Shown here one piece after another: positions 23,867-36,482 of a stretch of 64,000 bases of DNA. The DNA is taken from assembly GCA_013265495.1 (NCBI GenBank), contig MU057880.1, positions 1,022,527 to 1,086,526 on the forward strand, given 5' to 3'. The stretch is from Vicugna vicugna (lineage: Eukaryota). The stretch's first letter is position 1; each line of letters begins with the position of its first letter. The notes beneath the pieces are model-generated. The model searched no databases and was not told where the DNA came from. It saw nothing but the letters and a program-made list of their open reading frames with translations. The position numbers and the translations under genes were made by a program.

Positions 23867-26800
23867 TTCTTTACCCTTTCTTGTTTACTGAAGTATAGCT
23901 GATTTACAATGAATGTTAGCTTCTGGTGTACAGTATGGTGATGCAATTATATATATTCACTTTTCATATTCTTTTCCATTACTGTTTATTACAGGATATT
24001 GAGTATATTCCCTATGCTGTACAATAGAACTTTATTGTTTATCTGTTTTATATACAGTAGTTAGTATCTGCTAATCCCAAGCTCCTAATTTATCTCTCCT
24101 CCATCCCCTTTCCCCTTCCAGTAACCATGTTTGTTTTCTATGTCTGTGAGTCTGTTTCTGTTCTATAAATAAGTTCATTTGTGTCTTTTTTTAAGATTCC
24201 ATATAGAAGTGATGTCATATGGTATTTGTTTTTCTCTGTCTGACTTACTTCACTTAGAATGATATCTCCAGCTCCATCTATGTTGCTGCATATAGCCTTA
24301 TTTCATTCATTTTTATGGCAGAGTAGTATTCCATTGTACATATATACCACAACTTCTTTATCCAGTCATCTGCTGATGGACATTTAGGTTTCCATGTCTT
24401 GGCTATTATCAGTAGTGCTGCTGTGAACATTGAGGTGTGTGTGTCTTTTCCAATTAGAGTTCCCTTCGGATATATGCCCAGGAGTGGGATTGCTGGATTA
24501 TATGGCAACTGTACTTTTAGTTTTTAAAGGAACATCCATACTGTCCTCCATAGTCTTTGTACCAATTTACACTCCCACCAACAGTGTAGAAGGTTTCTTT
24601 TTCTCCACACCCTCTCCAGCATCAATTATTTGTGGACATTTTAATGATAGCTGTTCTGACCAGTGTGAGGTGGTAACCTCATCATAGTTTTGATTTGTAT
24701 TTCTCTAATATTTACCAATACTGAGCATCATTCTAAGTGAAGTAAGTCAGACAGAGAAAGACAAATACCATATGACATATTGGCTATCTGTGTGTCTTCT
24801 TTGAAGAAATATTTATTTAGATCTTCTGCCAATTTTTTGATTGGGTGGTTTGTTTGTTTTGATATTGAGTTGTAGGAGCTATTGGTATATTTTGGAAATT
24901 AAGCCTTTGTCGGCTGCATCGTTTGCAAATATTTTTCCCAATCAGTAGGTTGTCTTTTCATTTTGTTAATGGTTTCCTTTGTTGTGCAAAAACTGATTAG
25001 TTTGAATAGGTCCCATTTGTTTATTTTTGCTTTTATTTTTATTGCCTTGGGAGACTGACCTAAGAAAATATTAGTATGATTTATGTCAAAGAATATTTTG
25101 CTTATGTTTTCTTCTAGGAGCTTTATGGTCATATCTTATATATAAGTCTTTAAGCCATTTTGAGTTTATTTTTGTGTGTGGTGTGAGGGAGTGTTCTAAC
25201 TTCACTGATGTACATGCTGCTGTCCAGCTTTCCTAACAACACTTGCCAAAGAGACTGTCTTTTCTCCATTATATGCTCATGCCTCCTTTGTTGAAGATTA
25301 ATTGGCTGTAGGTGTGTAGGTTTATTTCTGGCTCTTTATTCTGTTCCATCGATCCATATGTCTGATTTTGTGCCAATACCACGCTGTTCTGATTACTGTA
25401 GCTCTGCAGTATTGTCTGAAGTCTGGGAGGGTCATTCCGACGGCTTTGTTCTTTTTCCTCAGGATTGCCTTGGCAATTCTGGGTCTGTTTATGGTTCCAT
25501 ATAAATTTTAGTATGATTTGTTCTAGTTCTGTAAAAAATGTCCTGGGTAATTTGATTGAGATCCTACTAAATCTGTAGATTGCCTTGTGTAGTATGGACA
25601 TTTTAACAATATTAATTCTTCCAGTCTAAGAGCATGGGATATCTGTCTGTTTTTTTTTTTTAACTCATCTTCCGTTTCCCTTATTTGTGTTTTATAGTTC
25701 TCAGCGTGTAAGTCTTTCACCTCCTTGGTCAGGTTTATTCCTAAATATTTTATTTTTTGATGTGATTTTAAAGGGGATTTTTTTTTCACTTTCCTTTTCT
25801 GATATTTCATTGTTAGTATAAAGAAATGCAACAGACTTCTGTATGTTAATCTTGTATCCTGCTGCTTTGCTGAATCTGTGTATCAGTTCTGGTAGTTTTT
25901 GTGTGGAGTCTTTGGAGTTTTCTATATATTTCTTTTTCTTGTCTGAGTGCTGTGACTAGGACTTCAAATACTGTGTTGAATAGAAGTGGTGAGAGTGGGC
26001 ATCCTTGTCTTGTTCCAGATGTTAGCAGGAAGGTTTTCAGCTTTTCACCATTAAATATGATGTTGGCTGTGAGTTTGTCATAAAAGATTTTTATTGTGTT
26101 GAGATATGTGCCCTCTATACCCACATTGGTAAGAGTTTTTTAAATCATACATGGATGCTGAATTTTATCAAATACTTTTTCTGCATCTATTGAGATGATC
26201 ATGTGGTTTTTGTCCATTTTTTGTTGATGTGTATCACATTGATTGATTTGCATATGTTGAACCATCCTTGTGACTCTGGGGTGAATCCAACTTGATTGTG
26301 GTGTATCATCTTTTTTAAAACTTTTTAATTTATTTATTTTTATTGAAGTATGATCTTTTTTATGTGTTGTTAGATTCAGTTTGCTAATTTTTTTAACATT
26401 TTTTATTGATTTATAATCATTTTAAAATGTTGTGTCAGATTCCAGTGTTCAGCACAATTTTTCAGTCATTTATGGACATATACTCACTCATTGTCACATT
26501 TTTTTCTCTGTGAGTTATCATAACATTTTGTGTATATTTCCCTGTGCTATACAGTGTAATCTTGTTTATCTGTTCTACAATTTTGAAATCCCAGTCTACC
26601 CCTTCCCACCCTCCACCCCTCAGTTTGCTAATATTTTGTTGAGAATTTTGCATCTATATTCATCAAAGATACTGGTCTGTAACTTTCTTTTTTGGTGGTG
26701 TCTTTGTCTGGCTTTGGCATCAGGGTGGTAGTGGCTTCATAGAATGAGTTTGGGAGTGTTCCCTCCTCTTCAGTCTTTTGAAGGAGTTTGAGAAGAATCA

Positions 26801-28036
26801 GCGTAAGCTGTTCTTTGCATGTTTGGTAGAATTCCCTAGTGAAGCCATCTGGTCCTGGACTTTTATTTGCAGGGAATTTTTTTAAATTACAGATTCTATT
26901 TCACTTCTATTGATCACTGTGTTCAAATTATCTATTTCTTTTTGATTCAGTTTGGTACGCTGCATGTTTCTGGAAAACTTGTCCATTTCTTCTGGGTTGT
27001 CCAGTTTGTTGTCATATAGTTGTTCACTGTCTGCTCTTACGTCCTTCTTTGCCTTGCTTTACGAATTTTGTTTTAAAGTCTACTTTGTCTGATATGAGTA
27101 TTGCTACACCCGGTTTCTTTCCATTTCCATTTTCGTGAAATATCTTTTTCCATCCTCTCACTTTCAATCTATTTGTGTCCTTCACTCTAAAGAAGGTCTC
27201 TTGTATGAAGCATATTGAAGGCTCTTGTTTTTATTATCCAATCTGCCACTCTGTGTCTTTGATTGGAGCATTAATCCATTGATGTTTATGGTAATTATTT
27301 ATATATATGTTTGGATTGCCATTTTAAACCTTGTTTTCTGGTTGATTTTGTATTTCTCCTTTGTTCCTTTCTTTTCCTTTTTGTTATTCCTTTTGTGGTT
27401 TGATAGTTTTCTTTTGTATTACACTTGTGTTCTCTCTTTTTGTTTTTTGTGAACCTATTGTATGTTTTTGATTTGTGGTTACCCTGTTTTCCAAGTATGT
27501 GAACCCACTACTATTCCTACTTGCTTTAGACTGGTAGTCATATAGGCTCAAACATATTCTATATTCCCCACATTTTGATGTCCTCTCTTATATCTTCATA
27601 TTTATCTTTTTGCTGTACATTATACTTATCATTGTTTTCACAACATTTTTTTGGTTTTTAAAAATCTGTGTGCTGGCTTATTTAAGTGATTTACTTTCCA
27701 ATTGTGATCTTCTCTTTCCTATAGATTCTTGCTTCTTTTCTATTTAGAGAAGATCTTTCAATATTTCTTTTAGGATAGGTTTGGTATTGCTGAACTCTTT
27801 CAGTTTTTGCTTGTCTGAGAAATTCTTTATCTCTCTTTTTATATCTCCTTCTATTCTAAATAATAATCTTGCTGGGTGAAGTATCCTAGGTTCCAGGACT
27901 TTGAATGTATCTTGCCGCTCCCTTCTGGCCTGTAATGTTTCTGTAGAGAAATCAGCTGAGATCCTTATGGGAGGGTCCCTTGTAATTAACTCTATTTTTC
28001 TCTGGCTGCCTTTGGAATCTTCTCCTTAACTTTTAG
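23867..28036 (-). mobile_element. Degenerate LINE-1 (3'UTR, ORF2 and part of ORF1) with internal deletions and nested insertions; same sense as RXFP1
   Basis: Broken ORF2 pieces in the ORF track (24278-24508, 24899-25132, 25269-25601, 25523-25831, 25846-26124) align with the young ORF2. The YADD-coding segment is deleted near 25930. ORF1-type sequence at 27730-28030. Confidence 0.93.
26389..26619 (-). mobile_element. Young L1 3' end nested in the older L1
   Basis: Near-identical to 15876-15960 over the shared part. Perfect 13-bp TSD tcagtttgctaat (26376-26388 / 26620-26632). Confidence 0.93.
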
Positions 28037-28039
28037 TTT

Positions 28040-28205
28040 GTGTCCATCTGAATGACATAAGGAGCTCACAGAAACACCGTGGAGCCATTGGCTGCATTTC
28101 TGATTCAAAAGGGCTGGGATGGGGCCTGAGAACCTGCATTTCTGACAACTTCCTGGCCGCTGACGGGTTTGGTCCTGAACTATATTTGGAGATCTGCTAG
28201 TCTAG
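28040..28205. mobile_element. MER5A-like element, distal part (proximal part at 23840-23866, split by the L1)
   Basis: ttctgattcaaaagggctgggatggggcctgagaacctgcatttctgacaacttcc. The missing terminus cagcggttctcaa lies at 23840. Confidence 0.7.
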
Positions 28206-28799
28206 TGAATTTCAGGAGAGTTATGTGATTCCAGCATATGAAGACCAGAGACAGTTTACATAATATTTGTCACAAAGATATGTCTTCATAAGAGTGGGTT
28301 ATGATTTTCCTCATATTTCCAAAATTGGACATGGGACTTTTTTAAATGTTGACAGTGACAAATAAGAAAATTTTTAAATGATCATACTCTTTTTTGTCTA
28401 ATAAAATTTTAAACATTAATTGCTTTTCAAATACCATGTGTATTTTTAATAATTAGTATTAGTTAATTAAACAAAGTGTTGTTTATTTGCCCACATTTAG
28501 GGTATTTATATACACCTGTAGCTAGAAATTGTTATTCAATCCATGCTCTGAATATTTATTTTTCATAAAAGTTAGTGGTCCACACCATTCCTTGCTCATG
28601 TCAGAGACCCTGAAGATGACATATAAACAGGACCTTGGGGACAGATTGCTTACACTACCTTGTCTCCGCTTGCTTCATACTTCCCTTAATACCTACAAAC
28701 TAGGACTTCCCTGGTTTGGAGTCCAATAAAATATAAACAGTCCCTGGCATAGAACTGGAAGCTGTGAATTCCAGAGTAACTTCCAAGTATGTAGTCAAT

Positions 28800-29010
28800 A
28801 ATCTGATCTGCACAGGTTTATTGCATGCCTGGTAAATGACAAGCATTTCTGTGCAAGTAATTTTATTTAATCCTCATAATGAATGTATTATTCCAATTTC
28901 GCCAGTAAGGAATGGGATTTAACCCTAAGAAATGATTCACTCAAGTCACAACAGACAGAAAGAGGCACTTCGAGGATCTGAGCCTGAACCTTCTGATGCC
29001 TGGTTGAATC
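28800..29010 (-). mobile_element. MIR SINE
   Basis: ttttatttaatcctcataat...tcaagtcacaacag...gagcctgaaccttctga. Confidence 0.6.
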
Positions 29011-30419
29011 TTCCTACAACTTTGTTTCTATTTTAAAAAGAAATCAAAGAAGGTAAAGAAAAGTTATTATTGGTGTAATTATTTTTTTAAACTACTCACA
29101 ACATACTGATTTTACATGAATGAATTTGGAGAGCTAATTGGGAGAAATTGATTCCAACTCAGGATGAAATAGTGTTTGTTTGTTTTCTTTTTTAGATTTC
29201 TGTTTTAGCCAATGACAGGAATAAGGAAGCTTTTTGCCTTTTAAACGCTCTAAACCTTTTGCAAAGCTGATAAAATACGGACACTTTTCTCATTGAAAAG
29301 GCACATCTACACAAATACACATTTTCTAGTTTTCAAGGGGTTTACAGAGCCCCCTGAAGAGTTCCTTGATTCTCAAAGAGGCCCCTGACCCTAAGGTAAA
29401 GACCACCTTCCTGGGCTGCTGAGCCCAAGTGTGGGGAGGGACGGTGGGAATCTTTTAACAGCTACGTAAGATTGAAAAGCAACTTCTTGGATTTTTTTTT
29501 CCTTTGGAAGTAAAGGTGTTAAAATCTTTGTAACAACTAGCCTACCACCTTAATGAAGTGAGCTAAATAGTAACTAAGATCTCACTTATAAATATCGTGG
29601 TGAGCTTGGTTTGAAAGAGGAAAGGACAGAAGACTAGATAAGCATGATACAGAGGGCGAAATTGAGAGAGATTAAGAGAAGGGACTGGGAATGGTTGGAG
29701 AGGAGGAACAGAAGTGGGAGGCAGGTGGAAACGAGACGGAGAGGCAAGGAGGGGCCGGCCTGAGACCTGCAGAGAGGGGACACCCTGGAGGAAGAGGAAG
29801 GCAAAGAGGTGGGAAGTAAGAAACAATTATGGAGCGATTCTCCTCCACCCTGATTTTTGTTCCCATTAGGGACTGTTTCCACAGGCATGATGCCCATGCC
29901 TGTCATCAGAATTCAATTCTAAGTATAAAGCAATAGACCCTGACGTTTTCCCTAGAGTTACATTCTTTCTATTAAAATTCACCAGGATGCAGAGTAATGA
30001 ATGTGCTTAACAGCCAAATATAGAAATCTACATAATTGATCTCCCCCCAAATAAACCGTTTAGGAGATGTGGGAAAGCTTACCCACCTCCTGAATAACTA
30101 CCCCAGAACCAAGAGGACACACAGACACACACGCACACAGACACACACCCCTACATACACACAACAGTACAAAATCAAGACTGTAGAAAAATATTTCTTC
30201 AATTATCAGCTGCTGTTTCAAGACAATAAGTGGACAGATGAATCATGGTTGCTCCTGGAAATATTTAAATTGCTTAACAGACAGAATTTCCTAAGGTCAT
30301 GCGGCTGGGAAGCCTGAGTTTCTGGGAGTTAGTGTTTGTGGGAAGAGCAAATATAGCACCAACTGTGGCAGAATTAGCAAGGGTGGCTGCAGTCTGGACT
30401 CCCTCTGCCTGAGCTCCTT

Positions 30420-30700
30420 GCAGTTGACATGGAGGTCCTCTCAGCAGGAGAAGGGGGTGTTTCCCCTGCTGGGACAGGGCTGGCCTGGTGACTTGCTTTG
30501 GGAGGGATGTGGTGGCAGTACCAGTGCCCCAGGCAGGATGCCAAAGCTGACCCTCAGATCACCGCCGAGACACTGAGAAAGCCCAGCAGAGGCCAGCAGA
30601 CTGTGCAGCCGATCTCAGCTGAGCCCAGCCCTGGTGGCCAACCCCCGGAATCCGAGCTAAGCCACTGAACCTGGAACCCAGCCGCAGGTGACTGACACAC
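30420..30700 (+). mobile_element. MLT1-like LTR remnant
   Basis: ggctggcctggtgacttgctttgg and cagctgagcccagccc...ctaagccactgaa motifs. Confidence 0.45.
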
Positions 30701-32138
30701 CAGCCTGCATTTACAGAGAGGGCGATTATCTGTCGGGTGCTCGGTTCAGCATCTTAGACACAACATCTCAGCGAGTCCTCTGACCAGCTCAGGGATACAG
30801 GCACTCTTAATTATCTCCATCTCATGGAAAACTCCCGAAAACTGATGCCCTTGTCTCTGGAGCCTGATGGCGAAACTCTAACATGTGTGGCCTCCATCGG
30901 AATTTGCTGCTTAGTGGATCCCAAGAAACTGGGACAGCTGGAAGGATTAGGACATTCTGGAGGGTTCCTCTTGTTACTTGGTCTCTTTAAACTTAGCAGG
31001 AAGGCAAGACTTCCCAAACCTTCTTCCCCAAGAAACTACTTCTGGGGCTGAGTGTGCTGTTCTCCCGGGTTCCACTTCCCACTTCCTGTTTCCTGCCACC
31101 ATTGCAGTTGGTGGGGAGCACATGTCTCTCTCCAAAAGTGCTGGCAGCTTGGGGGGGTAGGTGGTTGGCAGTGGGCAGGACACTTGCATCTTAGTTTTTA
31201 AAAAAAACAACTGTAGTATTCAATTATTTTAACAAGATGGGATATAAATATATATATATTTTGTTAAATATAACCATCTTGTTAAAATAATATATATATA
31301 TATATATCTTTTTTTTTTATAAAGAAGAAAACACACATACATGGCCACCCAAATCAAGGGCCAGTGTAGCTTACTCCTGAGTTACCGCCACCCCCAGAGT
31401 CCGTGCTCCAGGCCGAGCAGTGTAATTCCTTCAAGGCAGTGTCTTAAAAAGTCTGTGACGCTTGAGGGAGTGATGACAGCGAGGTGTCTCCAGGGCATCA
31501 GCTATTTATGCAGCCCTTAGAACTGTTGTTCGTCTGTGTCCTCCAAAAATAGTACTTTATTTCCCCATGAGTACGAAATCTCCTTATTTTACATTTATTA
31601 GCCAAAGCCCATTTTTTTTTTCCCCAGTGAGTCAGATCCAGCCAATTCAAGTTCTTTTATACATGTGGGTCTTTTGAGGCTTCAGAAATTTGAACAAAAT
31701 CCCCACTGAAAGCCAAGTTTTCCCAGATATTTTCATTGGCCAGACGCCCCGCTTGTTGGCTTAATAAGGTCATGAATAGGGCTGTTGGTTAAATGACAGG
31801 TCAGCTGGGCTTCCTGTTTCTTGTCCTTGTTAGGAGGTCTCATCTCTCCTTCATGGCTGTAGTGAGCAGGAGGCAGGAAAGCAGAGCGGCTGACACCTGA
31901 GCGGCACCTGCTGCTCGCCAGTGCACTTCTAATTCTTTATGTTATGTCTTCCCAAGTCTCTTGTTGTGCCAGCTTCAAACCAGGCAGCCTGGCCCGGGAG
32001 CCCGCATTCTGCTTTAAACCATTCTGCGGGTTGAAAACATGACTCTGTCCCAAAGCCACCCCTTCCCTGAAATATTGCCTGTGATACTAATACACAAAAG
32101 AATGGAGATGTATATATATATATATATATATATATGTA

Positions 32139-32616
32139 AAATTTTTATCTGAGTATAATTGGTTTACAGTGTTGTGTTAGTTTCTGGGGTACAACATAGT
32201 GATTTGGTTATACATATGTATTCTCTTACAGATTCTTTTCCATTATAGGTTATTACAAGGTACTAAATATAGTTTCCTGTGCTATAAAGTAGGACGCGGT
32301 TTGTTTATTTTATATATGGTAGTGGGTATCTGCTGATCCCAAACCCCTAATTTGTTCCTCCCTACCTTTTCCCCTTTGGTAACTATGAGTTTGTTTTCTA
32401 TGTCTGTGAGTCTGTTTTTGTTTTGTAAATAAGTTCATTTGTATCATTTGTTTAGATTCCACATATGTGATATCATATGGTATTTGTTTTTCTTTGCCTG
32501 TTCACTAAGTATAACACTCAAGGTCCACCCACATTACTGCAAATGGCATTATTTCATTCTTTTTATGGCTGAGTAATATTCCAGTGTGTGTGTGTGTGTG
32601 TATATACCACATCTTT
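32139..32616 (-). mobile_element. LINE-1 3' fragment with adjacent (TA)n (about 32111-32135)
   Basis: Reverse complement matches the ORF2 C-terminus and 3'UTR seen at 38390-38990. Confidence 0.88.
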
Positions 32617-32876
32617 TTAAAATAAGAATGGATAATGAAATAAATGTAAGATTTCTTCAAGTGCCCTACGTTTTGTATTTCAACTTCATTTTCTCTTTTA
32701 CATTTCCCTTTGTTCTGAGCTGTCTCAGGGACTTAACCTTAATCTTCCCGCCCCTGGTCCTGCCATGACTCAACCCCCGTCCTTCTGCCCCTGGTCCTGC
32801 TGTGACGTTAGCCTGGTCCCCTTGCCCCTGGTACCCCTGCTCCCCGGGCCTGCGGTGACCCCGGCGTCGCGCTCAC

Positions 32877-33014
32877 CGCAGTTGTCCTCGTCCGCCCGGT
32901 TCCCGCAGTCGTCCACGCCGTTGCAGTGCAGAAGCTGAGGCAAGCACTTGGTGGTGTTCCCGCAGGGGAAGTAGCCCAGGGCGCACGGGGCATCCTGCCC
33001 ACTCGTGGGAGCGA
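32877..33014 (-). CDS. RXFP1: RXFP1 exon 2, LDL-receptor class A module
   Basis: ccttccctcgtcacag|TCGCTCCC...AACTGCG|gtgagc, 138 nt, phase 1-1. Encodes (F)[45 protein letters not shown](G), with six Cys, the acidic Ca2+ motif and an N-T-T sequon. Visible inside ORF 32770..33471. Confidence 0.98.
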
Positions 33015-33574
33015 CTGTGACGAGGGAAGGGGAGAGGGTCACACAAGGCACGCTGAGACTGCTTCCCCCGCCTCTGCAACCCCGGTCCGCCCATCCCTGC
33101 GGGTGCCGCCCTCCCTGCCGCAGCCCCAGCTGCTCCCTCGCCCGACGCCCCCGACTCTCCAAGACCCGCCACCCCAGTGGGTGTTCTTTTCCGTGTCCCC
33201 GGAAGATGTCCCTAGAAGATGCCAGGAGTCTCTTTCCTCTGCCTCTTGTCAGGTTTCCCGCCAGGACTGTCCCCGCCATCCGTCTCCTATGAAATTCCTG
33301 CCCATACTTTACAGTTGAGCTCAATTCCCCTCTTCTCCAAAAATCTTTTAGCCAGTCATTTAAAAACTCAGGACTTTTTTGCATCCTGACTGTTGGCGCA
33401 GAATCAAGGCTCATCTGGTTCTGGAGGAGGAGGAAGAGGAAGGATGCCAGGAAGGCACCCTGCTCACTCACAGGTGGGATGGCTCCTCAGGGTGAGGTTC
33501 TGTGCCAGACTTTGTGCACAGAGCGCTGAATGAAACAGAGTTCCTGTCCTTTTCACACTGTCTTCTTTCTCTTA

Positions 33575-33775
33575 GTGACAAGCATTAAGGTTCCTCCATG
33601 TCTTTTCATGGCTTAGTAACTCAATTCTTTTCACTGCTGAATAATATTCCATTGTCTGAATGTACTAGAGTTTATCTATACATTCACCTAAGGACATCTT
33701 GATTGTGTCCAAATTTTGGCAGTTTTGAATAAAGCTCCCAGTAACATCTATGTACAGGTTTTTGTGCAGATGGAT
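33575..33775 (-). mobile_element. Old L1 fragment
   Basis: ctgctgaataatattccattgtctgaatgtac...ggacatcttgattgtgtccaaattttggc. Confidence 0.7.
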
Positions 33776-34694
33776 ATAAATTAACTATGCCATTTTAAAA
33801 CCTGAGATTTATATAATTTCAAAGATAGAGGGTAGAATCCAAGATAATTCTATTGCTTAGTATCCTTACCAAGTTTATAAATCTTTGGGACTTTCAAAAA
33901 TAATCGTCAATTTTAAAGAAATAAAAACAGAATAGTTTGAACAGTCAATAATGCTTATTGTGTAAAAACGTATTTGTGGTCTATCATCAAAACATAAGAA
34001 GAATAAAAGTGACTATTTCCTTTGTAAGATACAGTGGGACATTCTAATACAGGGAAGTGACATTTCTCATAAGGCAGCAATTCACCTAGGTCAGGTTTTT
34101 ACTGTGCTTGTTTCAGAGCACATAATTTGATGAAGGAAATAGTCAAATCTATATACTAAGAAGCTTCTTGTAAATAGTGTTCTCACTTGTGAAATTATTT
34201 AAAAATTATCAATCTTTTCTCAAAACATTGATTAAAGCAAAGTCAAAACAAAGGATTTGTATGCCCCAGGATGTCATTAGTAGAACATCACACATTTCAG
34301 AGACCTGAAGTGTGTATCTAAATAAACTGATCTGTGTTGAGACTGACTTTTTTATTTTTATTGATTATTTTAAAAGCAAACTTTAAAAAGGGTTAAAAAG
34401 GGTTTCAGAAAAATTCTTTGGTGAATTGTCAGCCTTCAGCCACAGTGCCTGTTTGAAGATATTTTAACTAGACATACCTGCCTGTGTTTTCATGCTGCTG
34501 TTCTGAAAATTCTTCTCTGAGTAACTTACTCTTAGGAATATTTTGCTTTTATGTACTGTCTTTAAAATTTCTATTTAGAAGCAGATATAGTTCGTTAATG
34601 ATTGTATCATGCAATTAAGTCCTATATTTTCATAACATTATGATTCAAGAAATATTTTTGAAATCTTAAATAGTAAGTGATATCTTTCAAATAA

Positions 34695-35170
34695 GTTTTT
34701 TTTTTTATTTCGAGATGATCTCAAACTTAAAGTTGCAAATATAGTATAAAGAACATTTTTCCACCGTTCTTGAACCATTTGAGATTAAGTTCCTGACCAG
34801 ATACCCCTAAAAACTTTGGCATGTATTTCCTGTTAGAAAGAACATTCTCCTACAAGATGGACATTCCCCATACTAGAACCATCAAGATCAGAAAAGTAAC
34901 ATTGATATCTTGTTGCCTTTTAAAGCTCAGAACCCATTCAAGTTTCACATATCACCCCCAGAACATCCTTCATAGTAAAGGATTCAGTTTACAATCACTC
35001 CTTGCATTTTGTTGTCACAGTTCTTTAGTTTCCTTTGAACTGAAATCATTCCTCAGTCTTTCCTCATCTTTCATGACCTTGACACTTTCGAAAATTGCAG
35101 GTGAATTACTGTGAATGCTCCCGAATTTTGGTTTATTTCATCATAAGCAGATTTAGGTTATGCAATGGGA
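34695..35170 (-). mobile_element. Old L1 (L1MC-type) 3' end
   Basis: T-run followed by ctcaaacttaaagttgcaaatatagtataaagaac...catgaccttgacactttcgaa. Confidence 0.65.
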
Positions 35171-35619
35171 GTGTTTTTTTTTAAACTAGGACCATTTATA
35201 ACTCCAATATGTATACAGAAATGTTTGCCTAAGTTCTGTTGAAGCTAATATTGCTACAGCTGTAATACTATGCTTATAAACACTAGTTCAAAATTACTGT
35301 GTTCATCAGCTTGGCCTCATTATTTTTATTGATTGGTTATAATAAATACATTTTATAAATGTGTTGAGAAGTTTGAAAGCCATCGATCACTTAGCTTCCT
35401 TCTTCAGTTACATGCCTTGGCTTTTCTGTCCACCAAACTCATTATTCTATGTATGACAAGCAGTTGCCTATTATAGAATTCATATAAATTCAAGGTTTCT
35501 CAAACTTTAAAAATCTTTCCCTGGTTTTGATGATCAAATATATTTTATAAATGCATTTCTGGAGATTCTGATATATTTCTCAAAGAGGTAAACATATATC
35601 TTGCAAAAGATTATCTTTT

Positions 35620-36482
35620 TAAAAAAATATAATTAATTTATAATATATTAATTTCAGATGTACAACATGGTGGTTCAAAATATTTATGGATTATACTCCA
35701 TTTAAAGTTATCATAAACTATTGACTGTATTCTTTATGCTATACAATACATTCTTGTAGCTTATTTATTTTATACATAGTACTTTGTACCTCTTAACCCC
35801 CTACCCCATCTCATCCCTCACTCCTTCTGTCTCCTCACTGAAAACCACTAGTTTGTTCTCTGTATCTGTGAGTTCCTTTTTGTTTTGTTTTATTTGTTCA
35901 TTTCACTTTTTAAATTCCACATGTAAGTGATAACACACAGTATTTGTCTTTCTCTGTCTGACTTTTTTCACCAGGCATACTATCCTCTAGGTCCATCCAC
36001 ATTGCTGCAAATGGCAATATTTCATTATATTTTATGGCTGAGTAGTATTCCATTATATATATGTACCACCTCTTCTTTATCCAGTCATCTGGTGGGGGAC
36101 ACTTAGGTTGCCTCCATGTCTTGGCTACTGTAAATAGTGCTGCTATGAATGTTGGGGTGCATGTATCTTTTCCAATTAGTGTTTTCATTTTCTTCAGATA
36201 TATACCTAGGAGAGGAATTTATGGATCATAGGGTAGTTCTATTTTTAGTTTTTTGAGGAACCTCCATAATGTTTTGCACAGTAGCTGCATCAAATTACAT
36301 TCCCACCAACAGTGTAGGAGGGTTCCCTTTTCTCCACATCATCACCAGCATTTGTTATTTGTATTCTTTTTGATGTCAGCCATTCTGACAGATACGAGTT
36401 GATACCTCATTATGGTTTTGATTTGCATTTCTCTGATGATTAGTGATGTTGAACATCTTTTCATGTGCCTGCTGGCCATCTC
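35620..36482 (-). mobile_element. LINE-1 3' fragment (about 0.86 kb)
   Basis: ORFs 35910..36188 and 36342..36533 translate to the ORF2 C-terminus ([21 protein letters not shown]). Confidence 0.92.

Noticed and set aside
32770..33471. 233-aa single-exon gene
   Set aside because: Only 32877-33014 is RXFP1-like and bounded by splice sites. The rest is GC-rich intron that is open by chance.
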